Shown here piece after piece: positions 23,989 through 24,000 of a DNA stretch of 24,000 nt. The DNA lies in assembly GCA_963545995.1 (NCBI GenBank), contig CAUUKJ010000019.1:16097-40096 (forward strand), read 5' to 3'. This DNA comes from an uncultured Haemophilus sp. (GTDB lineage Bacteria; Pseudomonadota; Gammaproteobacteria; Enterobacterales; Pasteurellaceae). The first letter of the stretch is position 1, and each line of letters begins with the position of its first letter. The notes under the pieces are model-generated. The model saw only the letters and a program-made list of their open reading frames with translations. It was not told the origin of the DNA and did not search any database. The translations under genes were made by a program, and so were the position numbers.

Positions 23989-24000
23989 TTTGATGGGATA

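Overview
This is a Pasteurellaceae-type chromosomal window. Apl-type DNA uptake signal sequences (ACAAGCGGT / ACCGCTTGT) recur in the intergenic DNA, and hand-counted core lines are about 40% GC. The core genes, in order, are rph (partial), yicC, ygfZ, ndh, sprT, an RNase T2/RNase I gene, mglBAC with a CRP site, a cytosine-deaminase-like amidohydrolase, mltA, initiator tRNA-fMet, xseA and tRNA-Leu(CAA). Two segments look accessory. (1) Positions ~2.3-9.0 kb hold a visibly AT-richer insertion between ygfZ and ndh. It carries one co-oriented operon: an HTH-WYL-WCX (BrxR/CapW-like) regulator followed by three tandem dynamin-like GTPase paralogues of 590, 747 and ~461 aa, the last anchored by two N-terminal TM helices. 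The regulator has a perfect (CAAA)x6 tetranucleotide repeat immediately after its start codon, which is a candidate phase-variation switch. I consider this the most likely undescribed system: a WYL-gated, three-dynamin defence or membrane-remodelling cassette related to, but not matching, the paired LeoA/LeoBC (Eleos) or DynA arrangements. (2) The region downstream of tRNA-Leu(CAA), 20.35-24.0 kb, is a decayed toxin-antitoxin-rich islet. It holds a YafO-type TA pair, a 5'-truncated Fic remnant, a ~272-bp tandem repeat built of hairpin modules, a MazE/MazF-like pair whose toxin is frameshifted in an A7 tract, and a second YafO-like gene translationally coupled to an upstream protein that carries a signal peptide. 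I also flag a promoter-hairpin-terminator unit upstream of the amidohydrolase (candidate leader or sRNA) and a family of GTAGGG...CCCTAC palindromic intergenic elements. All calls rest on reading and translating the sequence by eye. No database searches were run.
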